Notes under the pieces: generated by a model | Database searches by the model: none | Told to the model about the DNA's origin: nothing | The model's input: only the letters and a program-made list of their open reading frames with translations | Position numbers and translations under genes: made by a program | Source of the DNA: Candidatus Eiseniibacteriota bacterium | GTDB lineage: Bacteria > Eisenbacteria > RBG-16-71-46 | Assembly: GCA_963725865.1 (NCBI GenBank) | Contig: CAVSAC010000010.1 | Location: 451,736 to 515,735 of the forward strand | Length of the DNA: 64,000 nt | Direction: 5' to 3' | Shown here: in pieces, positions 20,209 to 30,535 of the stretch | Position numbering within the stretch: position 1 is the stretch's first letter | Layout: the number at the start of each line of letters is the position of its first letter

Positions 20209-20632
20209 GTCCTCGCCCTTTCCTGGATGTGAGCCCGACGGAGTCGCGTCGGACCAATGGCTGTGTTTGAGGAGCGGAGACTCGTCGGGACACGCTGATG
20301 TCCGATCCACCCTCCTTGCGTCATCCCGGCATGCGGCCGACAGCGGACGACGCTTCACCTCGGAGCGAATTCCCGGGATCGACGGGGGGCGCCAGTGTCC
20401 TGGCGCGAACGATACGGGTCTATCGGCTGGGGGGAGGTGACCTCATGTGCACCCTGCCGTGACGCTGTACGCTCCGAGAGAGTCACGACAACAACCAAAC
20501 CGTAGGCCTTCCGCCTGCACAGGTCAACCGGCTTTCGACCGGCTCGTGCGCGAAGCGCACGTGTGCGGCTCGTTCCTCGACCGGCGCGGCATCCCGCGAC
20601 GCTCGCCGGGCGCGACCGAGCGGGGAGCGCCC

Positions 20633-20661
20633 GGCGGCCGTCGCATCACGCGACGGCCGCC
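20633..20661. terminator. 12-bp GC hairpin downstream of ccmF
   Basis: GGCGGCCGTCGC-ATCAC-GCGACGGCCGCC lies 13 nt past the ccmF stop at 20674. Confidence 0.3.
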
Positions 20662-20673
20662 CAGCGCGACCGG

Positions 20674-22998
20674 TCAAGCCGCGGTGCGGCGCAGATCCAG
20701 GATGCGCCGCGTCATCGCCAGCAGGGCGCTGGCCACCATCAGGATCGCGCCCACCCACACGAAGTTGATGAGCGGCTTGGTACTCACCTCGACCGCCAGG
20801 ATGCCACCCGGCGGCGCACCGGAGGAGACCCCCGGCAGCACGAGCGCCACTCGTCCACCCTCGTTGGGGTCGACGGCGGCGATCATGATCTGTCCGCCAC
20901 CCGGCATGTAGTCGGCCGTCTGGCGCGGCTGTCCCGTGGCCATGTCCATCTCGTAGGTCGGCTTGAGCGGAACCGTGCGTCCGCTCAGCTCGGCCGTCAC
21001 GCGCGCCACCAGACGCACCTTGCCATCGCCCATCTCGCGGTCGAAGTCCTCGAACGTGTACTTCACCTGTCCGAGCTGCCGCGTCTCGCCCTTGCGGAAC
21101 CAGGTGGCATTCGACGCGGGATCGTTGCCGACCAGGTCGAGCGGCGAGATGTACACGTCGTGCGAGAAGTAGCGCTCGATGTGCGGCTTCTTCATATAGC
21201 CCTGGTTGAACTCGCTCCAGTACATCGAGGGGCGCGCGCTGAACTTCGTGCGCTGGTCCTGGGTCGTCACCGCGATGACGGCGTGGTCCTTGCCGTCGGC
21301 GGCCTTGTCCATGCCCTTGAACGTCATCCAATAGCCGAGCGCCGCCCGCGGCTGGCCCTGCGGGAGCTGCACCTGCACGGCGTCGCCGTAGTTGGAGGAC
21401 GCCACGACGCCGAGCAGCAGGACCGACGCGCCGGCGTGCGACAGGAAGGCGACCCCGTGCTTCCAGCCGGCACGGAACCCCTTCGTCGTGACCACGGCGT
21501 TCGACGCCAGTGCGAACGCCGCCGCGAACACCATCCCGGCCGGCAGGACGTCCCGGACACCGAGGACGAAGCCCGTGATCACGGCCGCCAGCGCGATCAG
21601 CAGCGACGGGAGCACCGACCGCATCAGCGCGTTGGTCTCCTGCTGGCGCCAGCGCATGAGCGGCGCGATGCCGAGCAACAGGCACATCGCGATCCCGAGG
21701 GGCGCATTCACGAGGTTGTAGTAGGTGGTCTGAACGTTCGACGGCGGACCAAACAGCCGGGTGATGAGCGGCGCGCTCATGCCCACCGCGGTCAGGGTGC
21801 ACATCAGCATGAACGTGAGCTGGCCGAGCCACATCATCGACTCGCGCGAGAAGTTTCCGAGCGGCTGTGTGGGCTTCGGGATGTCGCGCAGACGCCAGAG
21901 CAGCGTGCCGTAGCCGACGACGATCGCCAGGAACAGGAACGACAGCAGGAATCCGTTCAGGCCGAGGTTCACGAACGAGTGCACCGAGAAGTCGGCGAGC
22001 ACGCCGCTGCGGGTGAGGAACGACGCGTACAGCACCAGCACGTAGGACGTCACCGCGAGGAAGAAGTTCGTGCGCCGCAGGCTCCCGGTCACGCGCTGGA
22101 CCAGCAGCCCGTGCAGCAGGGCGATGTTGGAGAGCCACGGGATGAGCGACCCGTTCTCGACCGGGTCCCAGCCCCAGTAGCCGCCCCACCCCAGCACCTT
22201 GTACGCCCACACGCCGCCCATGATGAAGCCGCACGAGAGGATCGCGGTCGAGAACACCACCCAGGGCATCACCGGCTTGAGCCAGCCGTCGTAGTCCCGC
22301 TTCACGAGACCCGCCATCGCGAGCGAGAACGGCAGCGCGAGCGACGAGAAGCCCGTGAACAGGACCGGTGGATGGATGGTCATCCAGGGATCCTGCAGCA
22401 GCGGATTGAGCCCGTTGCCGTCCACCGGGATCTGGCCGGCCGCGAACGTGAGGAATGGCCCGCGCATCACGCCCACGAGACCCAGCATCACGAGCGGCAG
22501 GTTCAGGAAGAACATCGCCGGGGTCGTGAGCGGGCTCCGGGTCCGCATGAGGAACAGCCCCAGCGTGGTCGTGATCAGCGCCCACAGCATGAACGTCCCC
22601 TCCTGCCCGCCCCAGAACGCCGCGTACACGTAGTGCGGCGGCATCGAGAGCGAGGAGTAGGACGCGACGTACTGGAAGCGGAACTGGTGGGTGAAGAGGA
22701 TGTGCCAGAGGTAGACCGCCCCCGCCACGAGCGCCACCCACTGGATCCGGTACGCGACCCGCGCGGGGACCAGCGCCGACTGGCGACCCAGCGTCGCGGC
22801 GAGGTACGACAACGCCGCGACGACGCCGGCGAGGAATGCGATCCAGAGGAACGTCTGCCCGGTGTTGAGCAGGCCCGCCGCGCCGAGCGCGGCGGGGATC
22901 AGGAGGATGGGGAGTGCGGCGGCCAGGCCGAGCGTGACGGGCCGCCCCGTCACGAGGTCTTTCCCTGCTCGGCCATCGCCTGGTACTTGGACGGGCAC
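20674..22998 (-). CDS. ccmF: Cytochrome c-type biogenesis heme lyase CcmF (NrfE family)
   Basis: The WGGYWGWDPVENGSLIPWL WWD domain with many TM helices. 774 aa. Confidence 0.8.
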   Translation of the reverse strand: MPVQVPGDGRAGKDLVTGRPVTLGLAAALPILLIPAALGAAGLLNTGQTFLWIAFLAGVVAALSYLAATLGRQSALVPARVAYRIQWVALVAGAVYLWHILFTHQFRFQYVASYSSLSMPPHYVYAAFWGGQEGTFMLWALITTTLGLFLMRTRSPLTTPAMFFLNLPLVMLGLVGVMRGPFLTFAAGQIPVDGNGLNPLLQDPWMTIHPPVLFTGFSSLALPFSLAMAGLVKRDYDGWLKPVMPWVVFSTAILSCGFIMGGVWAYKVLGWGGYWGWDPVENGSLIPWLSNIALLHGLLVQRVTGSLRRTNFFLAVTSYVLVLYASFLTRSGVLADFSVHSFVNLGLNGFLLSFLFLAIVVGYGTLLWRLRDIPKPTQPLGNFSRESMMWLGQLTFMLMCTLTAVGMSAPLITRLFGPPSNVQTTYYNLVNAPLGIAMCLLLGIAPLMRWRQQETNALMRSVLPSLLIALAAVITGFVLGVRDVLPAGMVFAAAFALASNAVVTTKGFRAGWKHGVAFLSHAGASVLLLGVVASSNYGDAVQVQLPQGQPRAALGYWMTFKGMDKAADGKDHAVIAVTTQDQRTKFSARPSMYWSEFNQGYMKKPHIERYFSHDVYISPLDLVGNDPASNATWFRKGETRQLGQVKYTFEDFDREMGDGKVRLVARVTAELSGRTVPLKPTYEMDMATGQPRQTADYMPGGGQIMIAAVDPNEGGRVALVLPGVSSGAPPGGILAVEVSTKPLINFVWVGAILMVASALLAMTRRILDLRRTAA

Positions 22999-23333
22999 TT
23001 CACCAGCAGCTGGTCGGCCTCGAAGTGGTCGGCCTTGTACCGTCCGATCGCGACGATCGAGGTCGCCTGATCGAAGTTACCCGGTACCACGCCGCGATAC
23101 ACCACCTTGAGCACCTCCGAATTCGAGTCCTTGAGATTGAACTCGAGGAATTGCTCGTCCTTCTTCAGGACGTAGTTCTTGTCCGCCAGCGTTCCGTTGA
23201 CCTGCACCATCCCCGAGGAGCGCCGGGCCTCCGCGAACGAAATGTAGGGAGTCACCGATTTCTTGAAGCTGGTCACGCCGATGGTCACGGCCACGACCAG
23301 CAACGCGAGCGCCACGATCGCCTTGGGATTCAT
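22950..23333 (-). CDS. ccmE: Cytochrome c-type biogenesis heme chaperone CcmE
   Basis: MNPKAIVALALLVVAVTIG...VQVNGTL...VVYRGVVP...FEADQLLVKCPSKY is the CcmE OB-fold signature. Internal ATG of ORF 22950..23396. Confidence 0.8.
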   Translation of the reverse strand: MNPKAIVALALLVVAVTIGVTSFKKSVTPYISFAEARRSSGMVQVNGTLADKNYVLKKDEQFLEFNLKDSNSEVLKVVYRGVVPGNFDQATSIVAIGRYKADHFEADQLLVKCPSKYQAMAEQGKTS

Positions 23334-23452
23334 CGTCTCTCCAACTCTTTGATGCGCCGCTCGAGGCGCAGCACGTAGAAGAACAGCAGACCCCATACCA
23401 GCAGGGCCACGAGCAGTACCGCAGTATCGTCAGGTCCGAGCGGGAACTTCAG
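23330..23452 (-). CDS. ccmD: Heme exporter protein CcmD (~40 aa, probable non-ATG start)
   Basis: Hand translation between ccmC and ccmE gives LKFPLGPDDTAVLLVALLVWGLLFFYVLRLERRIKELERR*, a single TM. GGAAGGAGG RBS. The stop overlaps the ccmE ATG (ATGA). Not in the ORF track, since there is no ATG/GTG start. Confidence 0.4.
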   Translation of the reverse strand: MKFPLGPDDTAVLLVALLVWGLLFFYVLRLERRIKELERR

Positions 23453-23471
23453 GGCAACCTCCTTCCGGCCG

Positions 23472-24197
23472 TCAGGCCGTCGCGGCCGCTTCCAGGCGCT
23501 CGCGCTCGATGCGTCCGAGTCGTACTCGCAGCGAGAGCAGCCAGAAGAACAGGGCGGTGAAGCCGATCAGCATCATCGAGAACGCGATGCTGATGCGCTT
23601 GTCCATGTCCACCTTCCCCGAGCTGTTGATGATGGGGTCCGGGTGGAGGGTGGCCAGCATGCGCGGTACCACGAAGATGAGGAACGGCACCGACACGAAC
23701 GCCACCGCGGAGTAGACCGCCGACAGTCGGGCCCGCTTGCGCTCGTCGTCGATCGCGCTGCGCAAGGCCAGGTAGGCTCCATAGATCAGGAGCAGGAAGA
23801 AGATCGAGGTCTCCCGAGGGTCCCAGTTCCAGTACGCCCCCCACTTGGCCTTGGCCCAGATCGCCCCGCTGACGGTCGCCCCGACGCAGAACAGCAGTCC
23901 CAGCTCCGCGGCCCCGGCGGCGTGGTCGTCGTGATGCATCCGGTTGGTACGCAGGTAGGCGATGCTGTGCCCCATCGACCAGGCCAGCGCCACCACCGTG
24001 ATCCACGCACAGGGAATGTGCAGGTAGAGCACGCGGGTGGTGTTCCCGAGCACCGGCACGACCGGAGCCAGGAACGCGGCGATCAGCCAGCCGGCGATCC
24101 ACAGGAACAGCACGAGCCGCAGGATCAAGGGGGTCCTCCTAGTCGTCCCAGAGATGATCGTAGAGTAGCAGGCTGGCGGCCAGGAGTGCGACCGCAT
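23472..24197 (-). CDS. ccmC: Heme exporter protein CcmC
   Basis: WGAYWNWDPRE WWD motif and YLHIP. The start is either ATG 24197, overlapping ccmB by ~58 nt, or TTG ~24128 right after the ccmB stop. Confidence 0.8.
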   Translation of the reverse strand: MRSHSWPPACYSTIISGTTRRTPLILRLVLFLWIAGWLIAAFLAPVVPVLGNTTRVLYLHIPCAWITVVALAWSMGHSIAYLRTNRMHHDDHAAGAAELGLLFCVGATVSGAIWAKAKWGAYWNWDPRETSIFFLLLIYGAYLALRSAIDDERKRARLSAVYSAVAFVSVPFLIFVVPRMLATLHPDPIINSSGKVDMDKRISIAFSMMLIGFTALFFWLLSLRVRLGRIERERLEAAATA

Positions 24198-24813
24198 ACG
24201 CGGCCAGCAGCCGCGCCTCCCCGTCGGCCGACCCACCCGCCCATTGCGCCTTGGTGCCGCTCACCGCGGCGGCCAGCACCGGCAGCAGGATCGGGAACGA
24301 CGCGCCCGCGAACAGCGCCCCGCGCCCGCGCGTCTGCGCGATGATGCCGGCCACCAGCGTCGCGGCCGTCGCGAGCGCCAGACTCCCGAGCGCCATCAGC
24401 CCGAGGAACGTCCCCCAGTGCGGCGGCGGCGCGCCCATCAGCATCATGTAGAGCGGCACGGTCACCAGCTCGATCACGCCCAGAAACAGGATGTTGAACA
24501 TCAGTTTGCCCAGGGCGATCGCGGTCGGGGACGCCACCAGACGCAGCATCGTGTCCGTTCGCCCCTCGACCTCGCGCACGAACGCGTGGCTGAGCGACGA
24601 GAGCGCCGCGAACAGCAGCACCACCCACAGCAGCGCCGACAGCAGGTCGGTCCGGTCGGTCAGCCGGCCGACGGTGAAGCTCACCGCCGTCAGGGTCGTG
24701 ACCGCGAACAGCAGGGCGGCGTTGAGTCCGTAGCGCGTGCGCCATTCGCTCCGGCACTCCTTACGCAGGATCGCCCAGACCGCGCCCGACGAGTTCGATG
24801 CGGCGTCCGGCAA
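24139..24813 (-). CDS. ccmB: Heme exporter permease CcmB
   Basis: ABC-2 type permease, six TM. AVWAILRKE... is the N-terminal CcmB signature. It sits between ccmA and ccmC. Confidence 0.75.
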   Translation of the reverse strand: MPDAASNSSGAVWAILRKECRSEWRTRYGLNAALLFAVTTLTAVSFTVGRLTDRTDLLSALLWVVLLFAALSSLSHAFVREVEGRTDTMLRLVASPTAIALGKLMFNILFLGVIELVTVPLYMMLMGAPPPHWGTFLGLMALGSLALATAATLVAGIIAQTRGRGALFAGASFPILLPVLAAAVSGTKAQWAGGSADGEARLLAAYAVALLAASLLLYDHLWDD

Positions 24814-25438
24814 GTCTCCACTCCCTTTCTTCGTTGGTGGCGATGAGCACCAGCCCGCTGCGGGCGTGCTCGGCGACGAACCCCTCCATGACGCGTCGCC
24901 CCTCCTCGTCCATGTGCGAGCCCGGCTCGTCGAGCAGCAGCACCGGCGGCCGATGGAGCAGCGCGAACGCGAGCCGCAGGCGTTGCTTCATCCCCGAGGA
25001 CAGGGCCGCGACGCGATCGTCCGCGCGCGCGCCCAGCCCGACGCGCTCGAGCGCGGCGCGCGCGGCCGCGGCCGGCGCCGCGAGCCCGTGCGCCGACGCG
25101 GCGAAGGCCAGGTTCTCGTGGCTGCTGAACTCGGGGTAGAACGCCAGCTCCGGAGTGGCCAGGCCGACGTGGCGACGGCGATCTGCCGGGAGGATCTCGC
25201 GGCCATCGCGGATCAGCCGCACCACGCCGTCGGTGGGCCGCAGCAGTCCCGAGAGGATGCGCAGCAGCGTGCTCTTGCCGGAGCCGTTCGCGCCGGTCAC
25301 CGCGACCACACCGGGCGCCGCGACCTCGAACGACACCGGCTGCAGACCGCGCCGGCCGCCGTAGCGGTGGGCGAGCCGCTCCGCCGCGATCGTGACCGCG
25401 GTCGCGACCGCGGTCGCCGCCGGGGCCGCCGCGCTCAC
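24761..25438 (-). CDS. ccmA: Heme exporter ATP-binding protein CcmA
   Basis: Walker A GANGSGKST, signature LSSGMKQR, Walker B LLLDEP. GTG start within track ORF 24761..25579. Confidence 0.75.
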   Translation of the reverse strand: MSAAAPAATAVATAVTIAAERLAHRYGGRRGLQPVSFEVAAPGVVAVTGANGSGKSTLLRILSGLLRPTDGVVRLIRDGREILPADRRRHVGLATPELAFYPEFSSHENLAFAASAHGLAAPAAAARAALERVGLGARADDRVAALSSGMKQRLRLAFALLHRPPVLLLDEPGSHMDEEGRRVMEGFVAEHARSGLVLIATNEEREWRLAGRRIELVGRGLGDPA

Positions 25439-26457
25439 GACTCCCCTCCCGCGCGCGCCGCCGCCGCCCCCAGCAGGTCCACCACCGCGGGCAGGATGGC
25501 CTCGCGCGCCTCGCGCCGGCTCGACCGCAGCAGGACGCCGGCCGCGTGCGGATGACCGCCGCCACCGAGCCGCGCGCACACCTGGTCGATCGATACGCGC
25601 CCGGTGGAGCGCAGCGAGACCTTGACCCTGCCCGGCTCGACCTCGGAGAACAGCGCCACCACGTCGACTCCCGCGATGTTGCGCGGCATGTCCACCAGCC
25701 CTTCGGTGTCGGCGCCCACCAGGCCATGGCGCTGGAACTGCTCGGGCGCGGCCTCCAGCACCACGATGCGCCCGTCGGCCAGCAACTCGATCGCCGCCAG
25801 GACCTCGCCGAAGAAGCGCAGCCGGCCGGCCGAGGCGTGCGAGTGCACCATCGAGTGCATGCGCTGCGGATCGACGCCGACCGCCAGCAGCTCGGCCGCC
25901 ATCCGATGCGCGTGGCTGTCGGTGTTCGAGAAACGGAACGAGCCGGTGTCGGTCATCAGCGCCACGTAGAGCGCCTCCGCCATCGGCAGGGTCAGCGTGC
26001 CACCTGCTTCGCGCACGAGGTCGAAGACGATCTCGCCGGTCGACGATGCTTCGGGCTCGATCACGTCAACCTCGCCGAACCCGTGCTGATGCGTGACGTG
26101 GTGATCCACCACCGCGAGCGCGATCGCATGGCGGTCGAGCAGCGGAGCGAGCCGGCCGATGCGCTGGCGGTTGCTGGTGTCGAGCACGATGAGCGCGTCG
26201 GCGCCCGCGAAGCGCTCCTCGGCCAGCGCGGGCTCGAAGACCTCGAGCGGCTGCTCGCGGGTGAGGAACGTGAACGCGGCCGGCACCACCGAGTCGTTGA
26301 GCACCTGCACCTGCTTGCCCTGCGCGCGCAGCCACAGCGACATCGCGACCTCGCTGCCGAGACCGTCGCCATCCGGGTTGATGTGCGTGGTGAGCAGGAA
26401 CCGGCGGTGCTTCGCCACGAACGCATGGAACGCCTGGCGCTCCGGAGTCGAGGTCAC
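25435..26457 (-). CDS. nrnA: DHH-family phosphoesterase (NrnA-like oligoribonuclease/pAp phosphatase)
   Basis: ...LLTTHINPDGDGLGS...VVDHH... shows the DHH and DHHA1 motifs. GTG start within track ORF 25435..26796. Confidence 0.7.
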   Translation of the reverse strand: MTSTPERQAFHAFVAKHRRFLLTTHINPDGDGLGSEVAMSLWLRAQGKQVQVLNDSVVPAAFTFLTREQPLEVFEPALAEERFAGADALIVLDTSNRQRIGRLAPLLDRHAIALAVVDHHVTHQHGFGEVDVIEPEASSTGEIVFDLVREAGGTLTLPMAEALYVALMTDTGSFRFSNTDSHAHRMAAELLAVGVDPQRMHSMVHSHASAGRLRFFGEVLAAIELLADGRIVVLEAAPEQFQRHGLVGADTEGLVDMPRNIAGVDVVALFSEVEPGRVKVSLRSTGRVSIDQVCARLGGGGHPHAAGVLLRSSRREAREAILPAVVDLLGAAAARAGGES

Positions 26458-27086
26458 GCCATGCCCCGCACGGCCGCCGGATCCGCGGCGAGTCCGGCGA
26501 CCGTGGCCAGGAACCAGAGATGGAAGCGCGGGTCGGGCGTCAGCTCGGGATGGAACGTCAGCCCCACGATCCGGCCCTGGCGGACGCCCACCGTCTCGCC
26601 GGCGTGGGTCGCGATCACCTCGACCCCCGGGCCGATCCGACGGATGCGCGGCGCGCGGATGAACACACCGTCGAACGGCGCGCCCAGCACGGGGGCGTCG
26701 ACGCGATCGCTGAACGACGCGATCTGCCGACCGTACGCGTTGCGCACGACCGTCACGTCGAGCGCCCCGAGGGGTGGGTGCGGCAGGCGCTCGCACTCGG
26801 TCGACAGCAGGATCACGCCCGCGCAGGTGCCGAGGACCGGCTTCTCGCGGACGAAGCGCTCGAGCGGCGCCCGCAGGCCGGTGGACTCGAGCAGTCGCAG
26901 CATGGTCGAGGACTCCCCGCCCGGCATCACGAGCGCTTCGAGGTCACGCAGATGATCGGGCTGGGACACGCGCACCGGCTCCACGCCGTGCACGAGCAGG
27001 GCGCGCGAATGGAGCGCGTAGTCCCCCTGCAGGGACAGCACGCCCACCCGGGCCCCGGCCCTGGGCGCGAGGTCCCAGTCGGTCAT
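26454..27086 (-). CDS. pdxT: Pyridoxal 5'-phosphate synthase glutaminase subunit PdxT
   Basis: VGVLSLQGDYALH...LGTCAGVILL... is the class I glutamine amidotransferase triad. Adjacent to pdxS. Confidence 0.8.
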   Translation of the reverse strand: MTDWDLAPRAGARVGVLSLQGDYALHSRALLVHGVEPVRVSQPDHLRDLEALVMPGGESSTMLRLLESTGLRAPLERFVREKPVLGTCAGVILLSTECERLPHPPLGALDVTVVRNAYGRQIASFSDRVDAPVLGAPFDGVFIRAPRIRRIGPGVEVIATHAGETVGVRQGRIVGLTFHPELTPDPRFHLWFLATVAGLAADPAAVRGMA

Positions 27087-27090
27087 CCGG

Positions 27091-28005
27091 TCACCATCCA
27101 CGCTTCGCGAGCAGCTGGTCCTCGGGCAGACTCTCGATCGAGATCCCGCGCATCGCCTGCGGCAGCCCGGTGCTCACCTCGGCGACCAGCTTCGCGTCGT
27201 CCCAGTTCGCCACCGCCTTGACGATCGCGCTCGCGACCTGGAGCTGAGCCTTGCGCTGCTCCTTGGGTGCGAGGTCCTTGCCGATCTCGAAGATGCCCGA
27301 GCCCACGAACACCGCCTCGGCCCCGAGCTGCATCATGAGGACCGCGTCGGCCGGGATCGCCACGCCGCCGGCGGCGAAGTTCGGCACCGGCAGCTTCCCG
27401 GTGCTCGCCACCTGGCGCACCAGTTCGAACGGCGCGCCCAGTTCCTTGGCCTCGTGCATGAGCTCGTCCGCGGTCAGCGTGGGCAGCCGCTTCAGCTGGC
27501 GCTGCACGGTGCGCATGTGGCGCACCGCCTCGACGATGTTGCCGGTGCCGGCCTCGCCCTTGGTGCGGATCATCGCGGCGCCCTCGCCGATGCGGCGCAG
27601 GGCCTCGCCCAGGTCGCGGCAGCCGCACACGAACGGCACCTTGAAGGCGTGCTTCCAGATGTGGTTCTCGTCGTCGGCGGGCGTGAGCACCTCGCTCTCG
27701 TCGATGAAATCGACCTCGAGCACCTCGAGCACCCGCGCCTCACCGATGTGCCCGATGCGGCACTTCGCCATCACGGGGATGTCCACCGACCGCTCGATCT
27801 CCTGGATCATCGCCGGATCGCTCATGCGAGCGACCCCGCCGTGCCGACGGATCTCGGAGGGGATGCGTTCGAGCGCCATCACCGCCGACGCGCCCGCCTC
27901 CTGGGCGATCTTGGCCTGGTCGGCGGTCATCACGTCCATGATGACGCCGCCCTTGAGCATCTCCGCCAGGCCCACCTTGAGCCGGAACTGTTCCTGATGG
28001 TCCAC
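27091..28005 (-). CDS. pdxS: Pyridoxal 5'-phosphate synthase lyase subunit PdxS
   Basis: ...[31 protein letters not shown]...KCRIGH... are highly conserved PdxS/SNZ motifs. Confidence 0.9.
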   Translation of the reverse strand: MDHQEQFRLKVGLAEMLKGGVIMDVMTADQAKIAQEAGASAVMALERIPSEIRRHGGVARMSDPAMIQEIERSVDIPVMAKCRIGHIGEARVLEVLEVDFIDESEVLTPADDENHIWKHAFKVPFVCGCRDLGEALRRIGEGAAMIRTKGEAGTGNIVEAVRHMRTVQRQLKRLPTLTADELMHEAKELGAPFELVRQVASTGKLPVPNFAAGGVAIPADAVLMMQLGAEAVFVGSGIFEIGKDLAPKEQRKAQLQVASAIVKAVANWDDAKLVAEVSTGLPQAMRGISIESLPEDQLLAKRGW

Positions 28006-28026
28006 GGTATCCCTCCTTCCGCGCGC

Positions 28027-29212
28027 TCAGGCGCTGTGCGGCACTGCCGGCCGGTCGAGCGCGCGCAGGCGCTCCACCGCGGGCGGCGTGATGTCCAGGA
28101 TCCGGTCCACGTCCGCGTCGTCGTTGCCGTCACCGAGCGAGAACCGCACGCTGGCGTGCGCGTCCTCGGGCCGCAGCCCCATGGCCAACAGCACGTGGGA
28201 CGGCCCGCTGGTGCCGGCGCTGCACGCCGAACCGGTCGAGACCGTCACCCCGAGCCGGTCGAGCTCGTGCAGCAGCGCCTCGCCGTCCACCCCCTCGATG
28301 CAGAGGTTCACGACGCTCTCCACCCGCGGGGCCCCCGCGCCGTTGACGCGCGCGCCCCGCAGTACCGCCACCAGCCCGGAGGCCAGACGGCTGCCGCGCG
28401 ATTCTAACCGCTCGGGGCCGTCGCCCGCGAGCCAGTGCCGGGCGCGCTCGGCGGCGGCCCCGAAGCCCACGATCGCGGGCAGGTTCTCGGTCCCGGCGCG
28501 GCGCCCGCGCTCCTGGTGCCCGCCGTGCACCAGCGGCACCACGCGAACGCGCCGCCGCACGACCAGCGCCGCCGCGCCGAGCGGGCCGCGCAGCTTGTGC
28601 GCCGCCAGCGTCAGCAGGTCCGCGCCCAGCTCCTCGATCGCGAGCGGTCGCTTGCCCGCCGCCTGCACGGCGTCGACGTGCAGGCGCGCGCCGCATGCGT
28701 GGGCCAGCTCGGCGGCGGCCGCCACCGGCTGGATCGTCCCGACTTCGTTGTTGACCGCCATCAGCGAGACCAGCGCCACGTCCGGCCCCATCGCCGCGCG
28801 GAGCGCCTCGAGGTCCACCACGCCCGTGATCGTGACGGGCACCACGGTCAGCGCGGTGCCGCGCGCCTCCAGATGGCGGGCGGTCTCCAGCACCGACGGG
28901 TGCTCGATCGCGGTCACGACCAGCCGAGTGCGCCCGGGCGGCGCCGCCATCACGGCGCCCTTCAGCGCCAGGTTGTTCCCCTCCGAGCCGCTGGCGGTGA
29001 ACACCACCTCCTCGGGCAGCGCGCCGACCAGCGTCGCCACCTGCAGGCGGGCGTGCTCGATCGCCTCGCGCGCGGCCTCGCCGCGGCGATGCACCGAGGA
29101 GGCGTTGCCGAAGCGCTCGCCCAGATACGGACGCATCGCCTCGATCACCTCCGGCGCCGGCGGCGTGGTTGCCGCCCAATCGGCGTAGACCTCGCGCATC
29201 ATGCTCCCGGGG
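28027..29212 (-). CDS. Cysteine desulfurase (NifS/IscS family, class V aminotransferase)
   Basis: MMREVYADWAATTP...SGSEGNNLALKG...AAHKLRGPLG (PLP Lys)...STGSACS. Internal ATG of track ORF 28027..30411. Confidence 0.8.
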
Positions 29213-30269
29213 CGACCGACAGGGTCTGGATCGACACGCGCTGCGCCAGATGCCCGGCGATGCGGCGCAGCGCTTTCGAGTACTCGGTGTCGGGCTTCTC
29301 GGCGACCACCGGGCGGCCGCTGTCCCCGCCGATGCGGACGTCGGGGTGCAGCGGAATGGCACCCAGGAACGGCAGCCCCATCGCGAGCGCACGCGTCTCG
29401 GCGTCGCCGCTCGAGAAAATGTCGTGGCGCGAGTGGCAATCCGGGCACACGAAGTAGGACATGTTCTCGATCACCCCCAGCACCGGCACCTGGAGCTTCT
29501 CGAACATGCTGACCGCCTTGACACCGTCTTCGATCGCGACCATCGACGGCGTGGTCACCACCACCGCCCCCGACACCACGGTCTGCTGGATGAGCGAGAG
29601 CTGCACGTCTCCGGTCCCCGGCGGCAGGTCGACGAGCAGGTAGTCGAGGTCGCCCCAGTCCACGTCGTGCAGGAAGGACTTGATGGCGCCGTGCAGCATC
29701 GGCCCGCGCCACACCACCGCCTCGCCCTGCTCGACCAGCAGCCCCATCGACATGAACTGGAGCCCCCAGGCCTCGACCGGGGCGATCTTGCCGCCCCGCT
29801 GCGAGGGCTGGCGGCGCACGCCGAGCATGCGCGGCAGGTTGGGCCCGTAGATGTCGCCGTCGAGCAGGCCCACCTTGGCCCCCGACATGGCCAGCGCCAC
29901 CGCCAGGTTCGCGGCCACGGTGGACTTGCCCACGCCACCCTTGCCGCTGCCGATCGCCACCACGTGGCCCACTCCCGCGAGCGCCTTGCGGTCCGCGCTC
30001 GGGTCCTTGGGCTTGCGCACGCGCGACGTGGTGGTGATGCGCACCGCGCCCACACCCGGCACCGCGGCGACCGCGGCCCTCGCCTCGCTCTCGATCTGCT
30101 CCTTCAGCGGACAGGCGGCCGTGGTCAGCACCAGGGTGAACGCCACGGCGTCGCCCTCGACGGCGAGATCCTCGATCATGCCGAGGGTGACGAGGTCGCG
30201 GTGCAGGTCGGGATCGTTCACCGTCCGCAAGGCCGCGAGCACGGTTTCCTGGGTCGGGATGGCCATGGG
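29199..30269 (-). CDS. apbC: Fe-S cluster carrier ATPase ApbC/Mrp (NBP35) with N-terminal DUF59/MIP18
   Basis: ...VVAIGSGKGGVGKSTVAANLA... deviant Walker A, CPDC motif, N-terminal DUF59. Internal ATG (MAIPTQE). Confidence 0.8.
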   Translation of the reverse strand, partial: PMAIPTQETVLAALRTVNDPDLHRDLVTLGMIEDLAVEGDAVAFTLVLTTAACPLKEQIESEARAAVAAVPGVGAVRITTTSRVRKPKDPSADRKALAGVGHVVAIGSGKGGVGKSTVAANLAVALAMSGAKVGLLDGDIYGPNLPRMLGVRRQPSQRGGKIAPVEAWGLQFMSMGLLVEQGEAVVWRGPMLHGAIKSFLHDVDWGDLDYLLVDLPPGTGDVQLSLIQQTVVSGAVVVTTPSMVAIEDGVKAVSMFEKLQVPVLGVIENMSYFVCPDCHSRHDIFSSGDAETRALAMGLPFLGAIPLHPDVRIGGDSGRPVVAEKPDTEYSKALRRIAGHLAQRVSIQTLSVAPGA

Positions 30270-30535
30270 TTCCCCGGGTGGAGACGCGCGGGCGCGCGCG
30301 ATCGGCGCCCCGCCGGTTCGTGACAGTCTGTTGGATGCCTCGCCGCGCGGCCGATGCATGCGGACATCTCGCTCCCGTCGGGCTTCGTGAAGAGGGTCTG
30401 GGTGGGGGCACCCTCGCCTTACCTAGCCCATAGTGGGAGAACGGGTTAGATTAGCGGCGCACGGGTGGGAGGTCAACGCCCCCCCGCGCGCGCGGCGAGC
30501 GCATCGCTCGCGACCTCCATCCATCCGAAAGAACC

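Noticed and set aside
30270-30535. Possible small precursor-peptide ORF (e.g. MHADISLPSGFVKRVWVGAPSPYLAHSGRTG) upstream of the radical SAM gene.
   Set aside because: No RBS, no GC3 bias and no Cys/Ser/Thr-rich core. It looks like promoter sequence between divergent genes.
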